From a virus (lineage: Duplodnaviria; Caudoviricetes): a DNA stretch of 64,000 bases. Each line of letters begins with the position of its first letter. Within the stretch, counting starts at the first letter, position 1. Made by a program: the position numbers and the translations under genes. The notes beneath the pieces are model-generated. The model searched no databases, was not told the origin of the DNA, and saw only the letters and a program-made list of their open reading frames with translations. Below, piece by piece: positions 7,795 to 18,355 of the stretch. Location of the stretch: the IMG/VR virus record IMGVR_UViG_3300010163_000005, positions 1-64,000 of that record. The stretch is one strand, 5' to 3'.

Positions 7795-8487
7795 TTAAAA
7801 TGTAATTATCCAATTGATTAATAAACTACTTCCTTCAATTTTATTCCAAGATTTAAATAATTTATAGTTAAACATATGTCCTGTATCTTTATCGTCTGTT
7901 GCATCTCCACCAAACAATCCCATTTCAACAATCCATTCACCTTTTATATCTTCTTCATCAAATAATGTTGATAATCTTAAAACATTTGTAGGAGTATCTG
8001 AAATACTATCGTCAGCAGGGTTTAAAAAGCACCAAGATACAAATGGTTTTCTAATTAACTCATTTTGTAAGTGAGTTAATCCTTGTTGTTCTTCTGTTGT
8101 CATTGTAATATCTGCTGAATATAAATATGTTGCTTTTTCTTGTTCACTATTTTGCTCATTTAAAGCTCCATTACCTAAAGCTAAATATTGAAAACCATTT
8201 GGTAACGGATATAATGTAGATGTTTCATAAGATGTTGTAGAAGTTGTTACTCCCGATACTTCATTGTTTGTTGATTTAGCTAATACATGTGGTACTGAAT
8301 TATTTGGCACCATTCTTCCAGCCATAAATTTAGATGCAACTTTAACAATTAAGTTATGTTCGTCATATTTTTTTATTATCTCACCGTCAATCTTATTATT
8401 TTTAATATCATATTTTCCTTTAAATAAAGTCATTTCAATATATCCATTAGGAGTTATTTTTTCAATTTCCTTTAATGTTCTTTTCAT
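7795..8487 (-). CDS. baseplate/tail-collar structural protein
   Basis: HNLIV...YLALGNG...LQNELIRK...EMGLFGG...WIITF pattern typical of tail-collar/baseplate proteins. Confidence 0.6.
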   Translation of the reverse strand: MKRTLKEIEKITPNGYIEMTLFKGKYDIKNNKIDGEIIKKYDEHNLIVKVASKFMAGRMVPNNSVPHVLAKSTNNEVSGVTTSTTSYETSTLYPLPNGFQYLALGNGALNEQNSEQEKATYLYSADITMTTEEQQGLTHLQNELIRKPFVSWCFLNPADDSISDTPTNVLRLSTLFDEEDIKGEWIVEMGLFGGDATDDKDTGHMFNYKLFKSWNKIEGSSLLINWIITF

Positions 8488-8501
8488 TTATTTCACCCTT
8501 C

Positions 8502-10139
8502 CTATACTGTACTATAAGCTGTTTTGAATACAGCAAATCTCAATTTTGCATTACCATAACTTGTAGTAGTCAACATAAATATATCTTTATTTTGTTCTAT
8601 ATAAACTTCTCCTATATTTAATATTGACTGTTCTTTTTGCGACATATTTAATGTATTATATCCATCTATTATTGGAGTACCTAATAATATATTACAAACT
8701 CCCCATGAATTGTTATATATTTTACAATGATGTTTACCAAATGCATCATTAACAATTGTTGAGTTGTTTAACTCTATTTCTTGATATTCTATATTTTCAT
8801 TATTTATTTTTAAAACAAAATATTGTAATCTTATTCCTGAACTTCCAGTGTTATATATGTAAAATGTATTATTAACAATAGTTATAAAAATATCACCTAT
8901 TGATGGTATAGTATTTATACTAGATGAATACATTGGAATTACATATATAATACAATTATTTAGTGATTTACCAACGTTAATATTTACTCCATTTAAACTA
9001 TTAGAATTTACATATCCATATTTTAATAATTCGTCATTATCGTTTCTAAAGTCAAATGAATTAAATAAAACATTTTCATCACCAGTATTACAAACATGAA
9101 ATTTATCACCGTCTTGCCAAGTCCAAACTTCACCTATTTGCCCGCCGTAATGGTTACCTAAATTAGTTAATGCTACAACATAATTGTTATTTGCAACACT
9201 ATAATTATCTATAGTCACCTCTCTACCATTAACTATATCTTCTGAACCTCTATATATTCCAGTCTTTTTATTCATTGAAAGTTTATACGCTGATTGATCA
9301 TCTAAGACTTCTGTTGATAAAGTATTTAATCTTTCTTCTAAAACACTTATTCTTCTTAAAGCATCATGTACTGTTGATTCTGGAATATCATAAGCATTTT
9401 TTAATTTTGCTTTTTCTCTAATATCAATAATATCTTCATCTTCTATTAATGATTTATTTGCTATTCTTTGTATGACACAAATAGGAAAAGCAAATACTTT
9501 ATTATTAATAATTTCAGAATTAGTAGTATTAGAATAAAAAACATCATTGTCTTTTATGATATTATTATTTGTAATACTTGAAATCACTTCATTATCATTA
9601 AATGGATTATTGGATATGTAATCAATATTATCTTTAACACTTAATTTCCATTGTATTTGAACTCGTCTTGAAGTTTTCAAACTAATTCTTGAATCTACCA
9701 TTTCATATTCAATAGTATCATTATCTAAACCACCATATCTATGAATTATATCTTTATCATCTATAATTTTTAAATAAACTTCTAAAAATACAAAATCCAA
9801 TCTATTAGTAGAGGTAGAATTTAGACTAATCATACTATATCCATCATTTGAATATATTTTAGTAATAAAACCATTGACATTAAACCTAAAATTATCTATA
9901 TAAATTGTATTATTGGCTAAAGTAGAACTTCTTATAAGAGCTTCTACTTTTTCTTTTATATATCCATTACTACTAATTTCATTAAGCATTTCTGCTCTTG
10001 AATTTATTTGAATCCATTGCATTTCGTTGACTTCATCTTCTAATAAATATGCATCCGAACCACCAATAATAGAAATAAATGAATTTTCATCTTTATACTT
10101 ACCATATGCTGGTCGATCAAATGTTGGATTATAAATCAT
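8502..10139 (-). CDS. baseplate-associated/tail-fibre attachment structural protein
   Basis: N-terminal 'LLEDEVNEMQWIQ' and 'RLDFVFLEV' motifs (DUF4815-like); beta-rich C-terminus. Confidence 0.5.
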   Translation of the reverse strand: MIYNPTFDRPAYGKYKDENSFISIIGGSDAYLLEDEVNEMQWIQINSRAEMLNEISSNGYIKEKVEALIRSSTLANNTIYIDNFRFNVNGFITKIYSNDGYSMISLNSTSTNRLDFVFLEVYLKIIDDKDIIHRYGGLDNDTIEYEMVDSRISLKTSRRVQIQWKLSVKDNIDYISNNPFNDNEVISSITNNNIIKDNDVFYSNTTNSEIINNKVFAFPICVIQRIANKSLIEDEDIIDIREKAKLKNAYDIPESTVHDALRRISVLEERLNTLSTEVLDDQSAYKLSMNKKTGIYRGSEDIVNGREVTIDNYSVANNNYVVALTNLGNHYGGQIGEVWTWQDGDKFHVCNTGDENVLFNSFDFRNDNDELLKYGYVNSNSLNGVNINVGKSLNNCIIYVIPMYSSSINTIPSIGDIFITIVNNTFYIYNTGSSGIRLQYFVLKINNENIEYQEIELNNSTIVNDAFGKHHCKIYNNSWGVCNILLGTPIIDGYNTLNMSQKEQSILNIGEVYIEQNKDIFMLTTTSYGNAKLRFAVFKTAYSTV

Positions 10140-10333
10140 CTCCTAACCTCCTTTCTTATTAAAATAAAAAATAAACAGGTTTTTATAATTCATATAATTA
10201 AATAGTATTTTTATACAATTTTTTAGAAAGCTATTATAAAAATAATGATATTTCTAAGTGTTATAAAAATTATCTATATTATTATTTATTTAATAAAGAA
10301 TTAATAATATATATTAAAAAGGAGAAATAAAAA

Positions 10334-10663
10334 ATGAATAGAAAAAGTAAAAGATTAAAAAAACAAGCAAAAAAATATGATTTTAAAAATGTAGCAGAAA
10401 TGTTTACAGATACATTTAATTATAATTGTGATATTTCTAAATTTGTTCAGGTTGTAGATTGCTATTTAGATGAAGATGAAGATACAGAATATTTATTTAT
10501 AGTATTTGAACCAAATAAAGAATTATTGGAATTTGTTAATGCATCATCTGTAAACATAAATAATGTTTTATCACGTTTGAAAGATATTGATTTATTTAAT
10601 TTAGATGATTGTGAAATAAAAACAGTTAATAAAAACACAATAGAATATATACAACAAAAATAA
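10334..10663 (+). CDS. hypothetical acidic protein with basic KRL leader (MNRKSKRLKKQA)
   Basis: RBS AAGGAGA; own terminator. Confidence 0.75.
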   Translation: MNRKSKRLKKQAKKYDFKNVAEMFTDTFNYNCDISKFVQVVDCYLDEDEDTEYLFIVFEPNKELLEFVNASSVNINNVLSRLKDIDLFNLDDCEIKTVNKNTIEYIQQK

Positions 10664-10666
10664 TTT

Positions 10667-10696
10667 AAAATAACCACATTTTTATGTGGTTATTTT
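10667..10696. terminator. bidirectional terminator
   Basis: AAAATAACCACAT-TTTT-ATGTGGTTATTTT. Confidence 0.65.
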
Positions 10697-10740
10697 TATG
10701 TATATTCAACATGAGCATAATCTAATCAGTATTTATTATA

Positions 10741-11163
10741 TTATTTTATAATAGTTTCTTCATTTTTAAAGATATAATAGTTTCCTATACAATTATCTGA
10801 ACAATCAAAAATATCAATAATTTTATTTTGATTTATATATGTAATATGATGTCCACCAATATTAGCTAAGCACTCATTGTTAAATATTTCAACAAATTCC
10901 TTCCCTGTATATTTGGTGTTGTCTGGTTTTCGAGGTTGTTTCATTTTTATCCAACTTTTAGATTTTAAATATATATCAATTTGCTTATTGTCATTAATAC
11001 AATATCCATTTTTACAACTTAATTGAGCCATTTCCATTACAACATCATTATATGGTATTTTTAAAGCTAATGAAATGCTTCTAAATACACAATCGCTTGT
11101 TTTTCTATTTTTGGGATTAGCATTATAATATTTAAACCATTTTGTATCATTTGGTATTTTCAT
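10741..11163 (-). CDS. conserved phage protein, putative papain/C39-like cysteine peptidase
   Basis: NANPK...DCVFRSISLAL, HHIT and IIDIFD give a candidate Cys-His-Asp triad. Confidence 0.5.
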   Translation of the reverse strand: MKIPNDTKWFKYYNANPKNRKTSDCVFRSISLALKIPYNDVVMEMAQLSCKNGYCINDNKQIDIYLKSKSWIKMKQPRKPDNTKYTGKEFVEIFNNECLANIGGHHITYINQNKIIDIFDCSDNCIGNYYIFKNEETIIK

Positions 11164-11262
11164 ATTATCTTTCCTCCTTAATTATTTTTTATAATTACAT
11201 TGTTACATAAAATTGTAAAAATGTCAATATATTTTTTAAAAAATTTAAATAACTTGTTATAA

Positions 11263-11299
11263 AAATAATTCATTAGGTTAATAACCTAATGAATTATTT
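11263..11299. promoter_or_regulatory. perfect 18-bp inverted repeat upstream of a KRL-leader gene
   Basis: AAATAATTCATTAGGTTA-A-TAACCTAATGAATTATTT; core shared with 44452-44484. Confidence 0.6.
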
Positions 11300-11327
11300 A
11301 AAATATATTAAAAAGGAGATTATAAAA

Positions 11328-11654
11328 ATGAATAAAATTGTTAAAAGATTAAAAAAAGTAGCCAATGAATTTGATAGAGATATTAAAAATTGTAAAAAAG
11401 AACAAGCAGAAAACGTATTACAACAAGTAAATAGAACACTTAAAGGCGATTTTAAAAGTGTTTCAGATGGATGTAAGGCGATAGGTATGAATCTTAATTT
11501 TGCTTGTAGAGCGGCTGAAACAGAAGAAGAAAAAGCATTTTATGAGGAAGAAAAAAATAAATATGAAGACTTATTTAATAGAGCAAACTCGTGTAGTGAT
11601 ATTGATTCACAATTAGATATCATTAAAGAATTTATATCAATGGTTAGTGAATAA
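11328..11654 (+). CDS. hypothetical helical protein with basic KRL leader (MNKIVKRLKKVA)
   Basis: Start reassigned to ATG 11328 behind AAGGAGA. Confidence 0.75.
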   Translation: MNKIVKRLKKVANEFDRDIKNCKKEQAENVLQQVNRTLKGDFKSVSDGCKAIGMNLNFACRAAETEEEKAFYEEEKNKYEDLFNRANSCSDIDSQLDIIKEFISMVSE

Positions 11655-11703
11655 AATTATAAAAACAAATAAAAATATTATTATTAAATAACGCTTTTAA
11701 TGT

Positions 11704-11733
11704 AAAGAGACTCTTTTTAAAAAGAGTCTCTTT
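11704..11733. terminator. perfect 30-bp palindrome, bidirectional terminator
   Basis: AAAGAGACTCTTTTT|AAAAAGAGTCTCTTT between convergent genes. Confidence 0.7.
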
Positions 11734-11741
11734 TAATATTA

Positions 11742-14700
11742 TCATACTAAATATTCAATTTTTACTCCGTTGTTTTCCATTATATTTATATTTTTTAATT
11801 CTTCTTTTGTTAAACTATCAATACTTCTATTTATTCTTAATATACAAGTACTTCTATCTTGTAATGTTCCTAACACTACATAATTAATATTATTTAATAT
11901 TCCAGGATGTATTTTATATATATCTTTTGGTAATAATTTTGGTAAATTGCCTAATAATTTAAATCCACTTATTCTTATTAATGTATCTCTATCTTCAAAA
12001 TTCATCTTTGAATGAACAACTAATTTATCTGATTTATGATTTCTATTTTCATTATATGTTCCTGCATAAATATACATTATAGTTATTCTATCAGTGCTTT
12101 TAAATTTATAAATATTGTTATTAAATGTTATGCCTATTGCATAATTTTTATATATATCATTATTACTATACAATATATAATCATAACAGTTATATGAAAT
12201 CAATATACCGTTTAAAAATACTTTTAAATTTTCTTTATTTGTTACATTTAAAATCATTTCATTTTTAGGAAAATAAATATTTTTTTTATATGCTGTACTT
12301 ATTTTATGCCATTCATAATGTTTATCTAAGAATATACTACTATTGAAATCTTCTTTAAACGTTATATTTGTAAATTGATGAAGTTCTTCATATTTTTTTT
12401 CTATTCTATTACCAAATTCATCTAAAACAGGATTATTATTTTTATCATACACATATTGTATTGAATAAATTTCTTTATTAATAACTGCATTATTAAAAAA
12501 TACTTTATCAAACACTTCTTTATATTTTTTTTCTTTAAAATTAAACATTGAATCTATTAGTAATTTATCAGTTACTTTATATTTAGGTGCTCCTAATTTA
12601 TTTGGGAAACGAGTTAAAATATTATCTGTTGTATTTTTATTGCCTACTAAAATATCGTTTTCATTGTTTCGCTCTTTATCAAATAATTCAAAAGTATGCC
12701 CCATATCTATACCAAATTTAATTTCTTTAAAACTAAACGTTCCTTTTGCTGTTAATTCATCTATAACATTATTAATAAAATTAACAAATTCCTTTTCATT
12801 AAATATAATATATATTAAAAATAACGCTTGTGCAGGTTTTATTAAGTTTAATAAGAATATTAAATTATTCATTAATTCTTCTGCATCATCAAATTTATTT
12901 ATATCCTTAAAGATTTGTACAGCAAACCTATATGTAAAACTTATATCACCTAAATTACTGAATAAATAATTATCTTTTTCTTTGTATAATTCATAAATAT
13001 AATTTTCATATCCAGTAAATTGTGTTATAGCTTTACTTATATTATTCTTGGTTGGCCCATTTAATAATACTGTTATTATTGCTGTTACCATTTGCCTATA
13101 TTGATCATATGTCCATTGTGCTTTTTTAGGTAAATCAATTAATGCTCCAAAATTTTTATATATTAAATCCTCTTTTACTTCTTTTAAATAATCTTCTGTT
13201 TTATCTAATGCATTTAAATAAAAACCATTTTTTATTTCATCTAATGTAAATTTATCTTCTGCTAACTCTAAAGCAGCAGCTCTTAGTAATTTATAAAAAT
13301 TCGTTTCTATTATTTCTTTATTGTAAGATTCGGGTAATATATTTATTAAATGCTCTATTGTTGTTTGATAATATGTTATTATACTTCGTATTTTATTTTG
13401 TAAATTTATTAGATTTGCTTTTGATAGCATATTATCATCTACAACAATAACAAAGTTTTTGTCGCTTTCAAATAAAACAGTTAAATCATATTGGACATTT
13501 AATATGTTATCTTTTGATTTTATATAATCAATTTTATTATTATCATATACTATATTCCATTTGTAATATTTTCGTACATAATTAGATTCTATTGTTACAT
13601 ATGCGTCTTTATTATCTGTCCATAAAATATAAATTAAATCTTCTTTATTTTCATCATCATATAATGTTATTTGATTATATGTATTACTTGAATTACTTAT
13701 TATTATATTATTCTGTAATAAGTTGTAATTTATGGCTATATTATTTATTCTACTATATAAATAGTAAGATTCATTAATAACAAAATTTTTATTTAAAGTA
13801 TTATAATATATAAGTCCACTCCTATCATTATCGCAACTTATTAATTTATTTTTAAATGTATATATACCTTTTTGATATAGTAAAAATTCATTATTAATTT
13901 CATTATATCCACATTGTTGTAATTTGCTATAATTTATATCTTTCATATTTATGTTTGGGTCAATGGATATTCCTTGATTTGTAAAATATACATATTTCTT
14001 TTTTTCATCTATATTTAACATATTATCAATATTTATTAAATCATTAAAATTAAACTTATTGTCATTATATTCTTTTGCGTGAGTATCGTCATAATAAAAA
14101 GTATAAAAAGTAAAATAATCTTTTAATTTATTTTTTATTAATACGTTATATAAAAAATTATTATCTATATTGTTTTCCAAATCATATATAGTTGTATTAG
14201 GCCCTCCTAAATTAAAACTATATGTTAGTAATTTGGATTGTTGTACTTGAATAGCTTTAATAATATTACAATAACATTGTATTGTTTGTTCATTAATAAC
14301 ACTGTTCTTATAAGCATATTTATCAGGGGTCATTATGGGCATCCAATTTTGAATTTTTGATGTATTATATCCCCCGTAAGCAGTTATTAACTTATTTATT
14401 TGATTTATTGTTACTTGTTGTAACTCATAAATTAAGTTTTTATTATTTATACTATTAATATATTCAAGTAAATGTTTAAATTGATAATCTTCTGTTAAAA
14501 CATAAACTTCCACTTCCATAAATATTTGTCTTTTTATATTTGTTTTATTATTTAAAGAAGAAAATATTTGTAAATAACTGTTTAATATAGTTCCAAATTT
14601 ATCATTTTGTTCAGTTAATTTATTTAATAACAAATTTTTATCTTTTAAATTAAAAATATTTTTATCATAAAAATAATATGTTTTAAAACTATTATGTTCT

Positions 14701-14903
14701 ATTTTAATTACAATATTTGTTCTATCAACTATATTTCTAAAAGCGTTTCCTTTAAAAACGTCATTGTTATTAAAAATAATATTAAACTCTAAATTAAATA
14801 ACTCTTTATAAATATTAATATCATTAGAAGAAACTGAAATTTGATTTTTTAAAATATCATTTATAAAATATTCAAAATTATTCAATCTAATACCATTATA
14901 CAT
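11742..14903 (-). CDS. large baseplate wedge protein (XkdU/gp7-like core)
   Basis: Core 'LINILPESY...NFGALIDLP...YRQMV...LLNGPT...LNLIKPAQ'; directly follows the baseplate J gene. Confidence 0.6.
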   Translation of the reverse strand: MYNGIRLNNFEYFINDILKNQISVSSNDINIYKELFNLEFNIIFNNNDVFKGNAFRNIVDRTNIVIKIEHNSFKTYYFYDKNIFNLKDKNLLLNKLTEQNDKFGTILNSYLQIFSSLNNKTNIKRQIFMEVEVYVLTEDYQFKHLLEYINSINNKNLIYELQQVTINQINKLITAYGGYNTSKIQNWMPIMTPDKYAYKNSVINEQTIQCYCNIIKAIQVQQSKLLTYSFNLGGPNTTIYDLENNIDNNFLYNVLIKNKLKDYFTFYTFYYDDTHAKEYNDNKFNFNDLINIDNMLNIDEKKKYVYFTNQGISIDPNINMKDINYSKLQQCGYNEINNEFLLYQKGIYTFKNKLISCDNDRSGLIYYNTLNKNFVINESYYLYSRINNIAINYNLLQNNIIISNSSNTYNQITLYDDENKEDLIYILWTDNKDAYVTIESNYVRKYYKWNIVYDNNKIDYIKSKDNILNVQYDLTVLFESDKNFVIVVDDNMLSKANLINLQNKIRSIITYYQTTIEHLINILPESYNKEIIETNFYKLLRAAALELAEDKFTLDEIKNGFYLNALDKTEDYLKEVKEDLIYKNFGALIDLPKKAQWTYDQYRQMVTAIITVLLNGPTKNNISKAITQFTGYENYIYELYKEKDNYLFSNLGDISFTYRFAVQIFKDINKFDDAEELMNNLIFLLNLIKPAQALFLIYIIFNEKEFVNFINNVIDELTAKGTFSFKEIKFGIDMGHTFELFDKERNNENDILVGNKNTTDNILTRFPNKLGAPKYKVTDKLLIDSMFNFKEKKYKEVFDKVFFNNAVINKEIYSIQYVYDKNNNPVLDEFGNRIEKKYEELHQFTNITFKEDFNSSIFLDKHYEWHKISTAYKKNIYFPKNEMILNVTNKENLKVFLNGILISYNCYDYILYSNNDIYKNYAIGITFNNNIYKFKSTDRITIMYIYAGTYNENRNHKSDKLVVHSKMNFEDRDTLIRISGFKLLGNLPKLLPKDIYKIHPGILNNINYVVLGTLQDRSTCILRINRSIDSLTKEELKNINIMENNGVKIEYLV

Positions 14904-14917
14904 AAATTTCAGCTCCT

Positions 14918-17719
14918 TTAAATTGTATTTATAATAATATTACTTAATTCAAAATATTCATTATCTTGTAATGTTATTATTGTTTGATTTTCTCCATATA
15001 GTTTTCTTAATTCCATATTACAACTATCTAAATAAGTCACTCCCTCTGTTTGCTGAATTAATACAACTATATTTACTCTTCGTATTGTTCCACCTAATGA
15101 TGAAACATTATTTATATATTGTGTTACTTTATCTATAATATTGTTTTTTACTTCATCTATATCATAAGACGAATCAAAATTCACATTTACAACTACTTCT
15201 ATTTTACATTTAATGGCTTCTTTTACTAAAACATCAGCCGTTAAACATTTTACTTGTTCTACACCATTTTGTAATGTTTTAATTAAATTATTATAATTAT
15301 ATGATATATCTATAGGTAAATTACCATCTAATATATCTAATGGATTATTAAACCATTTAATTTTATATATGGAATTTACACTATTGCCCATAAAATACTC
15401 ATTTGTATTTACTAATTCATAATCAGGTTCATAGTATACTCTTATATATAAATTATCTATTTTTTTTACTATAGATAATGGAATATCATAAATAGTTTCG
15501 TTATATTCAATAGGGAAAACAATATCAATTTTATAACATTCGGTATTTATATAATATTCCTTTAATTTGAATAAAATAAGTTTTTCAGTATTTATATCAA
15601 ATTGATCAAAACTTTCTATATCTTCTGTTATTTCAACCGTTGAATTATGTACAATACATTGGTATACATTTCTTCTATTATATAAATGTACATTGCTTAA
15701 TACACAACTTAATCCACCTATCAAAGAGTTTCTTTTAAATTTTATTTCTAATACAGATATAGATTTATCCATACTGTCTGTTTCTCTTATAAAATCATAG
15801 TCTATAATTATATTAGTATCTTGTTCCATTATAGTTATATTGTTTTCACATATGTAATCATTGACATCTATTAAATTATTAGAATTGTCTATAGTTAAAG
15901 TAAAATATCCATTAGTAATATTTGGGTTATTGCTTAACTTTATATTGATAACTAAATAATCATCTATAATTTGATTATATACATACATATATGGTTTAAC
16001 ATAAATTGATTTTGTTAATATATCCATCATACCACAATCTATACAATATTTATAATTTAATAGTATTTTTTTTATGTAATCTAAATTATATAATAAATTA
16101 TTTTTTACTTCTTCGTCCAATAAATAATTTATAAAACTGTTTATTAACCCGTCATCTTGATAAACATTGTTTACTGAATTATCAATAGTTTCATTATGTG
16201 TTATTTCTTCATCATTATTAACTGAAAATAAAATATTATAAGTCAATAAAGTATCCTTAAAATAATTCTTTATATCTGTTATATCATTATAGATATAAAA
16301 TTTATCATCATTATTATTATCTTTGTTTTGGACTATAGTAAAAATATTTTCTTCATAATAATCTGTACCATTAGTAGTATGTCCAAAGATAAATATTATT
16401 TTAACATTATTTCTATCATTATCTTTATATAATGTAAACATAAAAGGATAATAAACATTTGTTCCACCTGATTCTTCATCAAATTCACTATAAATAGTTT
16501 TATAATATTTAAATTCTGAATCTTTATCAAGCGTACCAAATACTTCAAATGTTAATTGTTCATTATTATAATTATAATCTTTTGTTGTAGTCATAAAATC
16601 ATAATCATTTAAAATATTTAATATACTTTCTTTTACATTTATATCATTAAATTCATAATCATCTAAGGGAATAAATTCAGTTAAAATATTTTCATATTCA
16701 AAATTATTAACATTTTTGAAGTAATATGGTGTATTATCATTTAGTTTTTTATATGTTATAGATATTAAATCATTTATAGGTTTATTTAAAATTGGTAAAG
16801 TTGTATATATATCATCTCCATCAAAAGATGTATTATCTTCACTCAAAACAAAAGATGTATTACTGTCTTGTAATTCAGAACCCTTAATATATATATCAAC
16901 TTTACCACCATCCTTATTATCCCTTATCATATCAGAATCACCAGCAGCTACTATTTTAGCAGCTATTACTCCTTCTTGCTTTAAAACATAAGACATATAA
17001 CCATAACGAGTACCTATATTTGCCCCTTGTAATGCTAATTTTATTCTTAATACTAATGATTGGTCTGTTTCTTCATCTATTGCACCAGTAAAAGGAATAG
17101 GGTTTGTAAAAGATATTATATTATTATCTATTGAACTTACTCTTTGTGTTACTAAGTTTGAACTAACATTATATATGCTTCCTGTGTTTTCTGATGTAGC
17201 ATTAATATCATAATAATAATATCCATTGGAATCTAATGTTAGATTTTCTTTAAATATAAAAGTATACAAATCAGCATTTTCAATAGTATCCACTGTACTG
17301 GTGGGAGATACATAATAAATATCTTTAGTGTTATCTGTTACAAAATTTCTTGATTCATTTGTATAGGTCGCTTTTGTAGATAGTGTTGTATTTAATTTTA
17401 TTACAAAATCTGAATTTGGACTTTTAATATAAAATCTAATAAAACCATTAGATTTTGTTGGTGTTTTTCTTGTTACATTATAATTAGAAGCTAATCTATC
17501 TAAATCTTCACCTTCTGCTGTCAAAATAGATTGAGAATATTCTAACATCTTCATATCTATATTTAATCCTACAATTTCATCACTTATGGGATCAATAAAA
17601 ACATCTCTTAAAAAAGTACCCTCTTTAGTATCGGCATTAGGTATTTTATCATGAATATGATTAATAATACTTTGAACAACCTCATTTAATGTTTTTAACG
17701 TTACTGACAATAATATCAC
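14918..17719 (-). CDS. baseplate J-like (gp6/XkdT) wedge protein with large internal insertion
   Basis: AEGEDLDRLASNYNVTRK and GAIDEETDQSLVLRI motifs; C-terminal 'IQQTEGVTYL'. Confidence 0.8.
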   Translation of the reverse strand: MILLSVTLKTLNEVVQSIINHIHDKIPNADTKEGTFLRDVFIDPISDEIVGLNIDMKMLEYSQSILTAEGEDLDRLASNYNVTRKTPTKSNGFIRFYIKSPNSDFVIKLNTTLSTKATYTNESRNFVTDNTKDIYYVSPTSTVDTIENADLYTFIFKENLTLDSNGYYYYDINATSENTGSIYNVSSNLVTQRVSSIDNNIISFTNPIPFTGAIDEETDQSLVLRIKLALQGANIGTRYGYMSYVLKQEGVIAAKIVAAGDSDMIRDNKDGGKVDIYIKGSELQDSNTSFVLSEDNTSFDGDDIYTTLPILNKPINDLISITYKKLNDNTPYYFKNVNNFEYENILTEFIPLDDYEFNDINVKESILNILNDYDFMTTTKDYNYNNEQLTFEVFGTLDKDSEFKYYKTIYSEFDEESGGTNVYYPFMFTLYKDNDRNNVKIIFIFGHTTNGTDYYEENIFTIVQNKDNNNDDKFYIYNDITDIKNYFKDTLLTYNILFSVNNDEEITHNETIDNSVNNVYQDDGLINSFINYLLDEEVKNNLLYNLDYIKKILLNYKYCIDCGMMDILTKSIYVKPYMYVYNQIIDDYLVINIKLSNNPNITNGYFTLTIDNSNNLIDVNDYICENNITIMEQDTNIIIDYDFIRETDSMDKSISVLEIKFKRNSLIGGLSCVLSNVHLYNRRNVYQCIVHNSTVEITEDIESFDQFDINTEKLILFKLKEYYINTECYKIDIVFPIEYNETIYDIPLSIVKKIDNLYIRVYYEPDYELVNTNEYFMGNSVNSIYKIKWFNNPLDILDGNLPIDISYNYNNLIKTLQNGVEQVKCLTADVLVKEAIKCKIEVVVNVNFDSSYDIDEVKNNIIDKVTQYINNVSSLGGTIRRVNIVVLIQQTEGVTYLDSCNMELRKLYGENQTIITLQDNEYFELSNIIINTI

Positions 17720-17727
17720 CTTCTTAT

Positions 17728-18216
17728 TTAAATTTGTATATTTTGTTCATAAGTTTGCCCTGTACTGTTTTCAACTAATATTGTTATTAAATAACCTGTA
17801 GGGCCTACTGACTTTACGTCTACACTAATAACATTTGCAATTATTTCTTTATCATTTAATGTTTGATTTTCTTTATATTCTGTTTTTTGTATTTTTTGTA
17901 GATATTCTACAGCTTGACGAGCAAGCACTTGTACTCGATTTTTAGTTATTTGTGAATTTTTAGTACCTATTAATTTATATAATAAAGAACCCCATTTTTC
18001 ATGAAATAAATTACTATTTTTATGTTCTATAACAACTTTTAACATTTCTTGTTGTAGCTTAATTTCATCTTCAGATACAACTACTTCTCCTGTTTTATCA
18101 AAATAAATATCAAAATACCAACCTTTACCTGCACACTTAGGACATATGGAAATATCATAAGTTTTACCACCTACAGTATGATTGCAGGCATTAAAATATT
18201 TAACATCTTTACTCAT
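17728..18216 (-). CDS. baseplate wedge gp25/W-like sheath initiator with N-terminal CxxC
   Basis: KLQQEMLKVV...NLFHEKWGSLL; position before baseplate J. Confidence 0.65.
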   Translation of the reverse strand: MSKDVKYFNACNHTVGGKTYDISICPKCAGKGWYFDIYFDKTGEVVVSEDEIKLQQEMLKVVIEHKNSNLFHEKWGSLLYKLIGTKNSQITKNRVQVLARQAVEYLQKIQKTEYKENQTLNDKEIIANVISVDVKSVGPTGYLITILVENSTGQTYEQNIQI

Positions 18217-18286
18217 TATATCGCCACCTTAATAAATATATAAATTTTACTATTTATAAAATTTATGATATTTTTATGTATTTTTG

Positions 18287-18324
18287 TAATTAAAGGGTTA
18301 TTTTTTATAATAACCCTTTAATTA
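18287..18324. terminator. terminator hairpin
   Basis: TAATTAAAGGGTTATT-N6-AATAACCCTTTAATTA. Confidence 0.6.
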
Positions 18325-18355
18325 ACTTTATTTTAAAATATTAATTTTTTAATAA